From contig CBDFJG010000002.1 in NCBI GenBank assembly GCA_965248445.1, forward strand, positions 256,001 to 320,000: a stretch of 64,000 bases of DNA, read 5' to 3'. Made by a program: the position numbers and the translations under genes. The notes beneath the pieces are model-generated. The model was not told the origin of the DNA, made no database searches, and saw nothing but the letters and a program-made list of their open reading frames with translations. Source of the DNA: Planctomycetota bacterium. GTDB lineage: Bacteria; Planctomycetota; JAJSAM01; JAJVHW01. Shown here piece after piece: positions 11,504-20,541 of the stretch (position 1 is the stretch's first letter; each line of letters begins with the position of its first letter).

Positions 11504-12943
11504 TCAATCCGCGCTGCCGCGTTCGTCCAGCCAGCGGATGAGACGCGCGTGGAGCGTGCCGATGTCCAGCTTCGCCTCGGTGTCGAGCGCGTCCTTGAAG
11601 GTGGCCTTTCGGCCGATCGAGCGGATCATGCCGACACACGCGGCAGGGCGTCCTTCGAAGAAGTACGCGGCCACCGCGTTGATCACGATGTAGTCCTCGA
11701 TTGTGAGTTCCCGCAGGGGGCGGTTCATCATCGCCGCCAGCTCCTCCGGGCCGTCGTGAGCCAGGATCTTGCGCGCACCGCGGAACCAACCGTCCCGCCG
11801 CAGGCGGCTCGTGTCACCCCACGGAGCGGGCGAGCCCTTGTAGCGCGACGGCCGCTTCGCGATCAGATGGCGCGTTCCGACGAGTTTGTGCGTCAGGAGT
11901 GCAACGAACGCCTCGAACACCGCCGCAGAATCGCTCGCCGACAGGTGCATACCGAGTGCAAGCCCGCGGCTGACGAACGTGCGCGTGACCGACTCTCGCC
12001 GCCACGCAGGAGACGACTGGTAGACCGCGCGGTGCGTGCCCTCGCCCAGCCAGCAGGAGCCGTGGGACTTCCAGTGTTCGAGCGTCACGGGATCCGCTGG
12101 CGGCATGGCCTCGACGAGCTTGGCGGCCTCGGACTGGTTGGCGAGCAGGTAGATGGAGAGCCCCGCGGGCAGTTCCACGAGTGCGCCGAGGGCTCCGTCG
12201 AACACCTCGGGGATGATGTGCACGTCTCGCGCGATCTGCTCGGCCTCGGCCTGCGGTCCGGTCGTCGCGACGGTGACGCGGCCGGTCGTGAGCGCAGAGC
12301 GCCACCCGGCCGCCTCTTCGAGTTCCTCGACGAGCGGTGCCCGCTCCTGGATCTCCGCGACGGCCTTGCGCGCATCGCTCAGAACACGCGCGTGGACCTC
12401 CCGCTGCTTGCGCGCGTTCGCGGTCTCCCGTAACTCCCAGCCATCGGGTCCCTCCACCTCTCCGTGCTCGCGCCGGTAGTCGGTGTTCGCGGGTGCGATC
12501 TCGATGATCTCGGCGAGCAGGTGCTCACGCTGCACGGGCTTGATGAGGTTTGCGTACTCGGTGAGCGCTGCGTGGAGGCCGCTCGCGACGGGCTCGAGGT
12601 GCTCGGCGCGCGTCTGCGCGTAGAGCGCGAGCGCCTCGTCGTTCTTGTCCTTGACCCGCGGCGGCGCGCTGGGCGACTTCCACTCGCTCCCGCTCTTGCG
12701 GTACTTGAGCCACTTGCGCGCCTGCTTGTTGTCGGTGTCGAATTCGAGGATCTCACCGGCGACTGCGTTGCGCGTGGCGGGCAGCTTGTTCTCGTCGCAC
12801 CACGCGGCCAGTCCCTCGAGTGCGGGGAGCGTCTTGCCGCGCGCCTCCGTGCAGGCGTCGTCGAACCCGTCGGCCTCGAGCCTGTTGGTGAGGGCGGGCA
12901 CGGCGAGCAGGCAGAGCGCGATTGCGGCGGTCGCGAGTCGCAT
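11504..12943 (-). CDS. Secreted hypothetical protein, degenerate gluzincin/DUF1570-like (paralog 2)
   Basis: Signal peptide; shares WC..., ARKWL, W.L.ET, AYxxEGR and RW.ER motifs with 8654..10093. Confidence 0.7.
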   Translation of the reverse strand: MRLATAAIALCLLAVPALTNRLEADGFDDACTEARGKTLPALEGLAAWCDENKLPATRNAVAGEILEFDTDNKQARKWLKYRKSGSEWKSPSAPPRVKDKNDEALALYAQTRAEHLEPVASGLHAALTEYANLIKPVQREHLLAEIIEIAPANTDYRREHGEVEGPDGWELRETANARKQREVHARVLSDARKAVAEIQERAPLVEELEEAAGWRSALTTGRVTVATTGPQAEAEQIARDVHIIPEVFDGALGALVELPAGLSIYLLANQSEAAKLVEAMPPADPVTLEHWKSHGSCWLGEGTHRAVYQSSPAWRRESVTRTFVSRGLALGMHLSASDSAAVFEAFVALLTHKLVGTRHLIAKRPSRYKGSPAPWGDTSRLRRDGWFRGARKILAHDGPEELAAMMNRPLRELTIEDYIVINAVAAYFFEGRPAACVGMIRSIGRKATFKDALDTEAKLDIGTLHARLIRWLDERGSAD

Positions 12944-13041
12944 GCCCGAAGCGTACTGGTCCCGCGCCCCCGAGTCGCACGCAGCCTTCCCAAACCCCCA
13001 CCCACCCGTCTATGGGGAGGACGCGACAGGGAGTGGATCGG

Positions 13042-13632
13042 TTACACGCGCTCGGTCAGAACGGCGCGGGTGACCTCGATCAGGCTGTTCACCACGCCCA
13101 CGACACGCTTCCGCGTTCCGTCGTCCGCGAGGCCACCGTTCTCGTCGAACGCCTTGTGGGCCTGCGGCACCGCACACTGCGTGGGGACCACGAGCACGCC
13201 GATCCCGGCGAGGATCGTGCGCAGATGCGCCAGTCCCCGCAACCCCCCGAGTGATCCGGGGGAAGCGGCGAGCAGCCCGGCCGTCTTTCCGCGGAAGGCG
13301 CGCAGCGGCGTCTCGTTCTCCTCCGTCGCGCGGGAGGCCCAGTCGATCGCGTTCTTGAGCAGCGGCGTCAGCGAGCCGTTGTACTCCGGCGCAGCGATCA
13401 GGAACCCGTCGTGCGCCATCATCAGTTCCTTCCACGCGCGCACCGAATCGGGCACGCCGTCGGCGGCCTCGGAATCTCCGTCGTAGAGCGGCATCGGATG
13501 ATCGCGCAGGTCCGCGAACGTCACGTCGGCGCCTGCGGCTTCTGCGAGTCCGGACGCGGCCTGCGCGAGCCGCTTGTTGAACGAGCCGGTGCGCGCGCTG
13601 CCGGCGAAGACGAGGATGCGGGGTGATGCCAC
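13042..13632 (-). CDS. NADPH-dependent FMN reductase
   Basis: GSARTGSFN, PEYNGS, LKNAIDWASR, SPGSLGGLRG; GGAGG RBS before GTG 13632. Confidence 0.92.
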   Translation of the reverse strand: MASPRILVFAGSARTGSFNKRLAQAASGLAEAAGADVTFADLRDHPMPLYDGDSEAADGVPDSVRAWKELMMAHDGFLIAAPEYNGSLTPLLKNAIDWASRATEENETPLRAFRGKTAGLLAASPGSLGGLRGLAHLRTILAGIGVLVVPTQCAVPQAHKAFDENGGLADDGTRKRVVGVVNSLIEVTRAVLTERV

Positions 13633-13704
13633 GTGAGACCTCCTGCGGATTGTCGGGAGCGCGAGGGTATCGTCGGCAGCGGAAAACGCGTGAGGAGACG
13701 CCGC

Positions 13705-14037
13705 ATGTCCGACCTGGCGGATCGTGAGTGCAGCCCGTGCCAGGGCGGCGTGGCGCCCCTCTCGCCGGAGCAGATCGCGCCGCTGCACCGCTCCCTCGAC
13801 GGCTGGGAGGTCGTCGAGGCTCATCACCTGACCAAGACCTACCGCTTCGCCGACTTCGCCTCGGCCCTCGACTTCACCAACCGCGTCGGCGCGCTCGCCG
13901 AGGACGTGAATCACCACCCCGACATTCACCTCGCTTGGGGCCGGGTCACCCTCGAGATCTGGACCCACAAGATCGACGGGCTCGCCGTGGCGGACTTCGT
14001 GTTCGCGGCCCGCTGCGACCGCGCACTGGCCGGTTGA
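13705..14037 (+). CDS. phhB: Pterin-4-alpha-carbinolamine dehydratase
   Basis: CSPCQGG, NHHPDI, IWTHKIDGL...DF..AA. Confidence 0.92.
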   Translation: MSDLADRECSPCQGGVAPLSPEQIAPLHRSLDGWEVVEAHHLTKTYRFADFASALDFTNRVGALAEDVNHHPDIHLAWGRVTLEIWTHKIDGLAVADFVFAARCDRALAG

Positions 14038-14140
14038 CTCGCCCGCCGGCCCGCCCGCCGGGGCGCGGAGCGGGCTCGGGCCCGCACCACCTCCGAGGCG
14101 AGCCCCGTCGGCTCTCGGCCGATTCGGCTCCGGGACCGAT

Positions 14141-14158
14141 ACTGAATGATCATTCAGT
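14141..14158. promoter_or_regulatory. Perfect 18-bp palindrome, probable TetR-family operator
   Basis: ACTGAATGATCATTCAGT, AT-rich, 45 bp upstream of the acyl-CoA dehydrogenase. Confidence 0.7.
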
Positions 14159-14203
14159 TCGCGCCGCCTACCGCGCGTAGACCCTCCTCAGGAGCCCTCG
14201 AGA

Positions 14204-16099
14204 GTGACGACCGACGTGCGTGAAGCCGCAAGAGACGAACCCATCATCGACACGTCGAAGATGAGCGAGGGCAAGCGGCGGGCCCTCGAGCTCGCCGAGG
14301 CGTCGCGGGACGAGGGCGAGGGCCACGCGAGCTTCGCGGGCGAGCTCTTCATGGGCCACTACCGCCTCGATCGGGTGCGTCCGTTCCCGGTGCAGCCCGA
14401 GGCCGACGTTGCCGCGGGCGCCGAGTTCCTCGCAGCACTCGAGCGGTTCTGCCAAGAGCGCATCGACGCCGACGAGATCGACCGCACCGGAGAGATCCCC
14501 GCCGACGTGATCGAGGGTCTGGCGGAGATCGGCGCCTTCGGCATCAAGATCTCGAAGGAGTACGGCGGACTCGGGCTCTCGCAGACGAACTACACGCGCG
14601 CAGCGATGATCGTCGGCGGGCACTGCGCGAGCACGTGCGCGCTGCTGTCGGCCCACCAGTCGATCGGCGTGCCGACACCGATCAAGCTGTTCGGCACTCC
14701 CGAGCAGAAGGAGCGGTTGCTGCCGCTGCTCGCCAAGGGCGAACTCTCCGCGTTCGCGCTGACCGAGGAAGAGGCAGGGAGCGATCCGGCGCGCATGACG
14801 ACGCGCGCCGTCAAGATCGCCGACGGATCGCACTACCTCATCGACGGTGAGAAGCTCTGGTGCACGAACGGCACGATCGCGAAGCACCTCGTCGTGATGG
14901 CGCACACCGCTCCCAAGGTCGTCAACGGACGTGAGCGACCGCAGATCTCGGCGTTCGTGGTCGATGCGGCGTCGGCGGGCATCGAGCACTTGCACCGCTG
15001 CCAGTTCATGGGTCACCGCGCGCTCTACAACGGCGTGATGCGGTTCACGGGCGTCAAGGTCCCCGCCGAGAACCTGATCTGGGCCGAGGGCCGCGGACTC
15101 AAGGTCGCGCTCACGACCCTGAACACCGGCCGGCTGACGCTACCCGCCGCCGCCACCGGCGTGGCCAAGCGCTGCCTTCGCATCGCCCGCGAGTGGGCCG
15201 GGCAGCGGGAGCAGTGGGGTGCTCCGATCGGGAAGCATGCTGCGATCGCCGAGAAGCTCGCCCGCATGGCCGCCACGGTGTACGCGATGGAATCGATCGT
15301 GCTCCTCGCGTCGGCGCTCGTGGATCGCGGCGACGCCGACATCCGCATGGAAGCGGCGATGTGCAAGATGTGGGGCTGCGAGGCGGGCTGGCGGGTGATC
15401 GACGATTGCATGCAGATCCGCGCGGGTCGCGGGTACGAGACCGCGCAATCACTGCGTGATCGCGGAGTCTCGTCGGCGCCGGTCGAGCGCTTCATGCGCG
15501 ACGCGCGTATCCACACGATCTTCGAGGGATCGAGCGAGATCATGCGGCTGCTCCTCGCGCGCGAAGCGCTCGATCCGCACCTCACTGTCTCGGCCGGAGC
15601 GCTCGACACACGCCGCACGAAGGGACAGCGCGCTGCTGCCGCGGCCAAGGCGCTGGTGTTCTACGTCCCGTGGTACGCAGCACGCTGGCTGCCGTTCTCG
15701 TCGCGCGGGACCGGCGGGCTGGACAGCCGGCTGGCCCCGCACGGGCGGCGACTCGCGCGCGCCGGACGACGCGTGAGCAGGCGTCTGTTCCACTCGATGG
15801 TGCGCCACGGTCCGCGTCTCGAGGAACGCCAGCCCTTGCTCGGCCGGTTCATGGATGCGGGGACCGAGATCTTCGTCGCGTCCGCTACGCTCTCCCGCGC
15901 TCAGGCCCAAGCCGATGCCGGGGACCGCTCTGGGCTTCCCCTGGCCGACTTCGTGTGCCGCGAGGCGCTGCGCAAGATCGACGTCTCCCTGCGCGGAGTG
16001 CGCCGCAACAACGACCGGCGCGCGTACTCACTCGCCCGCGAGATCCTCGCCGGCGACCACGACTGGCTCGAGGGCGGAACGGCGCACGGCGACGGCTGA
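14204..16099 (+). CDS. Acyl-CoA dehydrogenase (long-chain, VLCAD/FadE10-like)
   Basis: AFALTEEEAGSD, GEKLWCTNG, LNTGRL, GRGYE, RDARIHTIFEGSSEI. Confidence 0.93.
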   Translation: MTTDVREAARDEPIIDTSKMSEGKRRALELAEASRDEGEGHASFAGELFMGHYRLDRVRPFPVQPEADVAAGAEFLAALERFCQERIDADEIDRTGEIPADVIEGLAEIGAFGIKISKEYGGLGLSQTNYTRAAMIVGGHCASTCALLSAHQSIGVPTPIKLFGTPEQKERLLPLLAKGELSAFALTEEEAGSDPARMTTRAVKIADGSHYLIDGEKLWCTNGTIAKHLVVMAHTAPKVVNGRERPQISAFVVDAASAGIEHLHRCQFMGHRALYNGVMRFTGVKVPAENLIWAEGRGLKVALTTLNTGRLTLPAAATGVAKRCLRIAREWAGQREQWGAPIGKHAAIAEKLARMAATVYAMESIVLLASALVDRGDADIRMEAAMCKMWGCEAGWRVIDDCMQIRAGRGYETAQSLRDRGVSSAPVERFMRDARIHTIFEGSSEIMRLLLAREALDPHLTVSAGALDTRRTKGQRAAAAAKALVFYVPWYAARWLPFSSRGTGGLDSRLAPHGRRLARAGRRVSRRLFHSMVRHGPRLEERQPLLGRFMDAGTEIFVASATLSRAQAQADAGDRSGLPLADFVCREALRKIDVSLRGVRRNNDRRAYSLAREILAGDHDWLEGGTAHGDG

Positions 16100-16183
16100 C
16101 GCTTCTCGACGACGCGGTGCTCTCGCGACCGGCGCCGGCTGTTCCCGGCGTTCGTCGAGGTGGCGCGCCGTGGAACCCCGCCC

Positions 16184-16705
16184 CTACATCTCGCCGAGAT
16201 CGACGTCCTCGGGCAGATCGAAGTCCCAGGGCGTCATCGCGTCCTCGACGAGCGGTTTGCGAGGAGCGCTCTTCGGTGCGTCTTCGAGAGATTGCAGGAT
16301 CTGTTGCGGTGAGCGTCGCTGCGCAGCGGCCCGTCCGCCGATCGGTACGCGTCCGAAGAAGTCGGCCACCGTGCTCGCACGCGCGCCGAGCTGGCGCGAC
16401 TTCCCAGTGACCTCGCGGTCGTCGCTGACGACGAGCAGAGCGCGCGGATCGTCTGCGTCGCGCACGGCGGTCAGGATCTCGTGGTCGGCTTCCGCGTCGT
16501 AGCAATAGACGACGCGGACGCTGCCCATCTGCGTGTTGGCTTGGGGCTCCCCGGTGCCACGGTGCGCATCGAAGTAGACCGTCGCGGTGCGGGCGATCGC
16601 GCCTACGCGGCGCACGATCTCTTCGCGGCGGGGCTTCTGTGGTCCGTCGGCGATGCCGAGGCGGTGCATCGCGTTGTGGCCGTCCACCAGCACGCGCTCT
16701 CGCAT
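16184..16705 (-). CDS. YacP-like NYN domain ribonuclease
   Basis: LVDGHN, VYFDA, EADHEI, VVSDDRE acidic PIN/NYN motifs. Confidence 0.8.
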   Translation of the reverse strand: MRERVLVDGHNAMHRLGIADGPQKPRREEIVRRVGAIARTATVYFDAHRGTGEPQANTQMGSVRVVYCYDAEADHEILTAVRDADDPRALLVVSDDREVTGKSRQLGARASTVADFFGRVPIGGRAAAQRRSPQQILQSLEDAPKSAPRKPLVEDAMTPWDFDLPEDVDLGEM

Positions 16706-16712
16706 CGCCGTG

Positions 16713-18416
16713 CTACCGCGTGAAGAAGAACGGTAGTGACGTCCGCCCGTCGGCGCGCCGGATCTGGATCTCGACCTGCTCGCCGAGCGGCAGCGCGTTG
16801 TCCCAGTCCGCGGGACTCGTGAGCCTGCGGGCAGTTCGCCGCAGCATCGAGTCCTCGAGCGGCCTGCCGTTCACCTCGATGCGGCCGCCCTTCGCGAGGC
16901 GTGCGCACGTGACTTCGAGCCGGCCCTCGACGAGTCGAACTCCGCGGACAAACGGCGGCTTCGACGCCTTGATCGGCCGCAGTCCCCGGGCGTGCGGGAG
17001 GTCCCGTCCGATCAACTCGAACAGGTCGAGAGCGTTGTCGGGGAACTGGAACGTGAGCGCGACGAATGCGAGCGCCATCTCGTCCACGGTGCGCTCGCCC
17101 CACGACACGGGCTGCGGCGGACTGTTCGGGTTGAGCGGGTTCTCCGCAGAGTTGTCGTACACGCACCGCATGTGCAGGGTCGCGTCGTACGGCGCCTTCA
17201 CGGGCTTCTTGAACAGGTAGGTGTCCTGCCAGTCGAAGCTCCAGTTGTCGATCTCGACCAGTCGCTGCGAAGTGCCGTCCGGCAGGTTGACGTCGACGAG
17301 GATCTCGCGCCCCAGGTTGTGCATGTGGGGCATCACCGAGAGGATGCGGCCGGACACCGGGAGATCGACGCCGGTCAGTCTCTGCAACAGCGCGCGCGGG
17401 TCCAGCTCGGCAGTCACGACGTACGCGGGATCGCCCGCGGGGATCGTGAAGTTCATGTTGACCACGGGCAGCAGGAACACCTCGCCCGGGCTCTTGCCCT
17501 TCGCGAAGTACAGGCCGAACTTCGAACGGTCGGAAACGGGTTCGCCGGGCAGCGGGTGATAGTGGACCTGCATCACGACGGTGGCGCCCGCCGGAATGCG
17601 GATGCCGTGCTGCTTCGGGAACGTGATCGGGCGGTTTCCCGGAGCCCAGCCGCCGAGTACGGGCGATGCGGGGACGGCGCCCGGGAGCGGTGCGTCACCG
17701 TCCAGCAGATCGGTGAGGTTGCTCGTTCCGGGACCACCGAAGCAGACGTACCCGGGTCCCGGCTCGTCGGCGTCGAGGTCATGCGACTCATTGGTCTCAT
17801 CGAGATAGAGCACGACGTGATGCACCACCCGCCGGTCACCGGGCTGCATGTCTACGGTGCGGACGTAGACGTCCTCGCCGAAGTCTGTCCGGATCGGGAA
17901 GCAGCGGTAGATGTCGTCGCCCTCGCCGGGCACCTCGAATGTCTCGCCGTAGTCAAGCACCACGTCGGGCTCGCCGAGTGCCCAGCCGGTGTTGTCCCGC
18001 TGCGGCCGTGTGCGGCGCGGCGGCCTTCCTTCGACCGCGCCCTGCTCGCTCCACCGGACCAGCGTGGAGATCTCCTTGTCGCTCAGGCCGCGCTCGTCGT
18101 GGAAGCGGCCGACGCCGCGCGTCGGCTGCCAGGGGGGCATGGCGTTCTTCCCGATCTCCTCGAGCGCCACGTCAATCCAGTCCTTCGCCGACGTGTAGTC
18201 GTCCAGCGCCATCGGGGCGATGTCGCCATCGGTGTGGCACGTCGTGCAGTTCTTACGCAGTATCTTTGCGACGTGGCGGTGGTAGGTCGGAGCGCGAGGC
18301 GTTCCCTTGACGTCGCGCGGGAGATCCTCGAAGGGGTTCTCGTGTTCGTCGTGGGCGAGCGCGAGAGCGCCCGCTGCGACGGCGACGACGAGACAGAGGG
18401 TGATGCGCCGGATCAT
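16713..18416 (-). CDS. Secreted c-type heme plus copper type II (PHM/DBH-like) monooxygenase
   Basis: Signal peptide, CTTCH, VVHH, VHYH, PHMH, DEM copper ligands, WSFDWQ. Confidence 0.8.
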   Translation of the reverse strand: MIRRITLCLVVAVAAGALALAHDEHENPFEDLPRDVKGTPRAPTYHRHVAKILRKNCTTCHTDGDIAPMALDDYTSAKDWIDVALEEIGKNAMPPWQPTRGVGRFHDERGLSDKEISTLVRWSEQGAVEGRPPRRTRPQRDNTGWALGEPDVVLDYGETFEVPGEGDDIYRCFPIRTDFGEDVYVRTVDMQPGDRRVVHHVVLYLDETNESHDLDADEPGPGYVCFGGPGTSNLTDLLDGDAPLPGAVPASPVLGGWAPGNRPITFPKQHGIRIPAGATVVMQVHYHPLPGEPVSDRSKFGLYFAKGKSPGEVFLLPVVNMNFTIPAGDPAYVVTAELDPRALLQRLTGVDLPVSGRILSVMPHMHNLGREILVDVNLPDGTSQRLVEIDNWSFDWQDTYLFKKPVKAPYDATLHMRCVYDNSAENPLNPNSPPQPVSWGERTVDEMALAFVALTFQFPDNALDLFELIGRDLPHARGLRPIKASKPPFVRGVRLVEGRLEVTCARLAKGGRIEVNGRPLEDSMLRRTARRLTSPADWDNALPLGEQVEIQIRRADGRTSLPFFFTR

Positions 18417-20446
18417 GCGGTCCCCTTCTCAGACTCCACATCGTGCAGGTACTTGGCGAGCCAAGCGTGCACTTCACGGTACCAGACGACCGAGTTCTGA
18501 GGCTTGAGCACCCAGTGGTTCTCGTCCGGGAAGTAGACGAGGCGGGCAGGCACGCGGCGCAGCCGCAGGATCGAGTAGCACATGAGCCCCTGGGTCACCG
18601 GGACGCGGTAATCCAACTCGCCGTGCAGCACCAGCATGGGTGTCTTGGCGTTCCCGACGTGTCGCGCCGGATTCCAGCGGTCCATGCCCTCGTGTGCACC
18701 CCACGGGTTGCCGCCGATCGAAACGTCACGCGCTTGGATCACGTCGCTCGCGAACATCGACTGCGTATCGAAGACGCCCGCGTGATTGACGAGGCAGCGG
18801 AAGCGGTCCGTCTGCCCAGCGATCCACGAGACGAGGTACCCGCCGTACGAACCGCCCGCGGCGGCCATGCGACCGGCATCGGCCAGCCCGTGTTCGATCA
18901 GCAGATCCGTCGCGGCCATGACGTCGCGATACGGACGGTCGCCCCACGTTCCCTGGATGCGCTTGGCGAAGTCCTGGCCGAACGACGTCGAGCCCTGGAA
19001 GTTCACCATCGCCGCGACGTACCCGGGCGCTGCGAACAGATGCGTGTTCCAGCGTGGGTGGAACGAGTCGGCGCTGATGCCGTGCGGCCCGCCGTGCACG
19101 ACCTGGACGAGCGGCAGCGGCTGGTCGCCGCTCTCCCCCGGTGGAAGCGCAACGAACATCTGGACCCCTTCGCCCTCCGCGCCTGTGAACGTCGTCTCGA
19201 GCACGGCTCCGAGTGCCACGCCCTCGAGTGCCGCATCCGTGAGGTGCGTGACCCGCCGGGCGGCGCCGGACGCGTCCGTTACGTAGACCTCGTGAGGCGT
19301 CGACTGGTCCGAACGCGAGAACACCGTGCCGCCTCCGGGCAGCGCGCGCGCGCCACCGACCGATCCGTCGGTCACGATTGCTTGCGGCGAGGTCTCGAAC
19401 GACTCCATGCGATGCAATGTGTTGCGCGCGCGATGTTGCGCAGTGATCCAGAGCGCCCCGTCCGGTCCGAACTCCCAGCTGTCCGCCGAGAGCTCCCAAT
19501 CGGTCGCCACCGCGGTGTCTTCCCCGGACGCGAGGTCGTGGCGCGTCAACTGCGTGCGATCCGCATAGAAGTCGGGGTCATGGGTCACGCCGAACACAAG
19601 CGACGCGCCGTCCGGTGTGTATCGCGGTCCGGATGCTGCATGCCCGTCGGTGGGCGCGACGACGTGTCGCTCCCCGGTCGCAATGATCAGCCGGTGCACG
19701 AAACTCCGCAGGCGGTCCCGCTCCGCGTCGAAGCGGATCGCCGAGTACGCGAGCTCCGTGCCGCCCGGATGAATGTCGTAGCTGCCCGCCGGCGCCATCC
19801 ACGAGAACCAGTCGGTCGAGTCCGGCATCAGGTCGCGCGCGATGCCGCTCGCACCGTCCACGTGGAACAGGTGCGGCACCTGGCCGGTCGTCAGCCACCG
19901 GTCCCAGTAACGGAAGACGGGGTCTTCCGTGATGTGCACCTTGACCTTGTCGTCCTTGCGCCGATCGCGCTCCGCCGCCGTGGCCTCAGGAGTCAGATGG
20001 CCCTTGAACAGCATGGCGCCGACGACCAGCCCGCTCCCGTCCGGCAGCCACTTCGGGTCGAAGGCACCGAGGGGCATCTCGCAGACGGGCGCAGATTCGC
20101 CGCCGTCGAGCGGCAGGATGTGGAGTTGACCATTCTCGTCAGGGTCGTCCTTCCGGATGAACGCCAGCCGCGTTCCGTCGGGGCTGATCGCGGGATCGGT
20201 GCACGAAGCGTCCGCGGAGGTCAGGGCGCGTGGCCGCGTGCGTCCGTCCAGGTCGATCAGGTGGAGCCGCGTGGTGCCGCGGTTCTCCTCCATGTCGTAC
20301 TCAGTCACGGGGACGACGGCGCGGCCGCCGTCGGGCAGCGGAACGGGGGAGCCGACCCGGGGTACGCGCCAGAGGTCCTCCGCGGTCAGGGGGCGTGAGC
20401 CCGGGCGGGCAGGGTGGACGGTGCGGAACGACGATTGCGGACTCAC
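18413..20446 (-). CDS. S9 family serine peptidase (DPP5/acylaminoacyl peptidase-like)
   Basis: HGGP, GGSYGG nucleophile, DYRVP, DENHW; N-terminal beta-propeller. Confidence 0.93.
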   Translation of the reverse strand: MSPQSSFRTVHPARPGSRPLTAEDLWRVPRVGSPVPLPDGGRAVVPVTEYDMEENRGTTRLHLIDLDGRTRPRALTSADASCTDPAISPDGTRLAFIRKDDPDENGQLHILPLDGGESAPVCEMPLGAFDPKWLPDGSGLVVGAMLFKGHLTPEATAAERDRRKDDKVKVHITEDPVFRYWDRWLTTGQVPHLFHVDGASGIARDLMPDSTDWFSWMAPAGSYDIHPGGTELAYSAIRFDAERDRLRSFVHRLIIATGERHVVAPTDGHAASGPRYTPDGASLVFGVTHDPDFYADRTQLTRHDLASGEDTAVATDWELSADSWEFGPDGALWITAQHRARNTLHRMESFETSPQAIVTDGSVGGARALPGGGTVFSRSDQSTPHEVYVTDASGAARRVTHLTDAALEGVALGAVLETTFTGAEGEGVQMFVALPPGESGDQPLPLVQVVHGGPHGISADSFHPRWNTHLFAAPGYVAAMVNFQGSTSFGQDFAKRIQGTWGDRPYRDVMAATDLLIEHGLADAGRMAAAGGSYGGYLVSWIAGQTDRFRCLVNHAGVFDTQSMFASDVIQARDVSIGGNPWGAHEGMDRWNPARHVGNAKTPMLVLHGELDYRVPVTQGLMCYSILRLRRVPARLVYFPDENHWVLKPQNSVVWYREVHAWLAKYLHDVESEKGTA

Positions 20447-20541
20447 AGGCTGCTCCGTGTTCAGGGATACGGAAGGAAGGTCTCCGGCCCGGCCAGGCAG
20501 GCCAGCCGGGAGAGTACGATGCGAGCCGTAGGAGGTGACCG

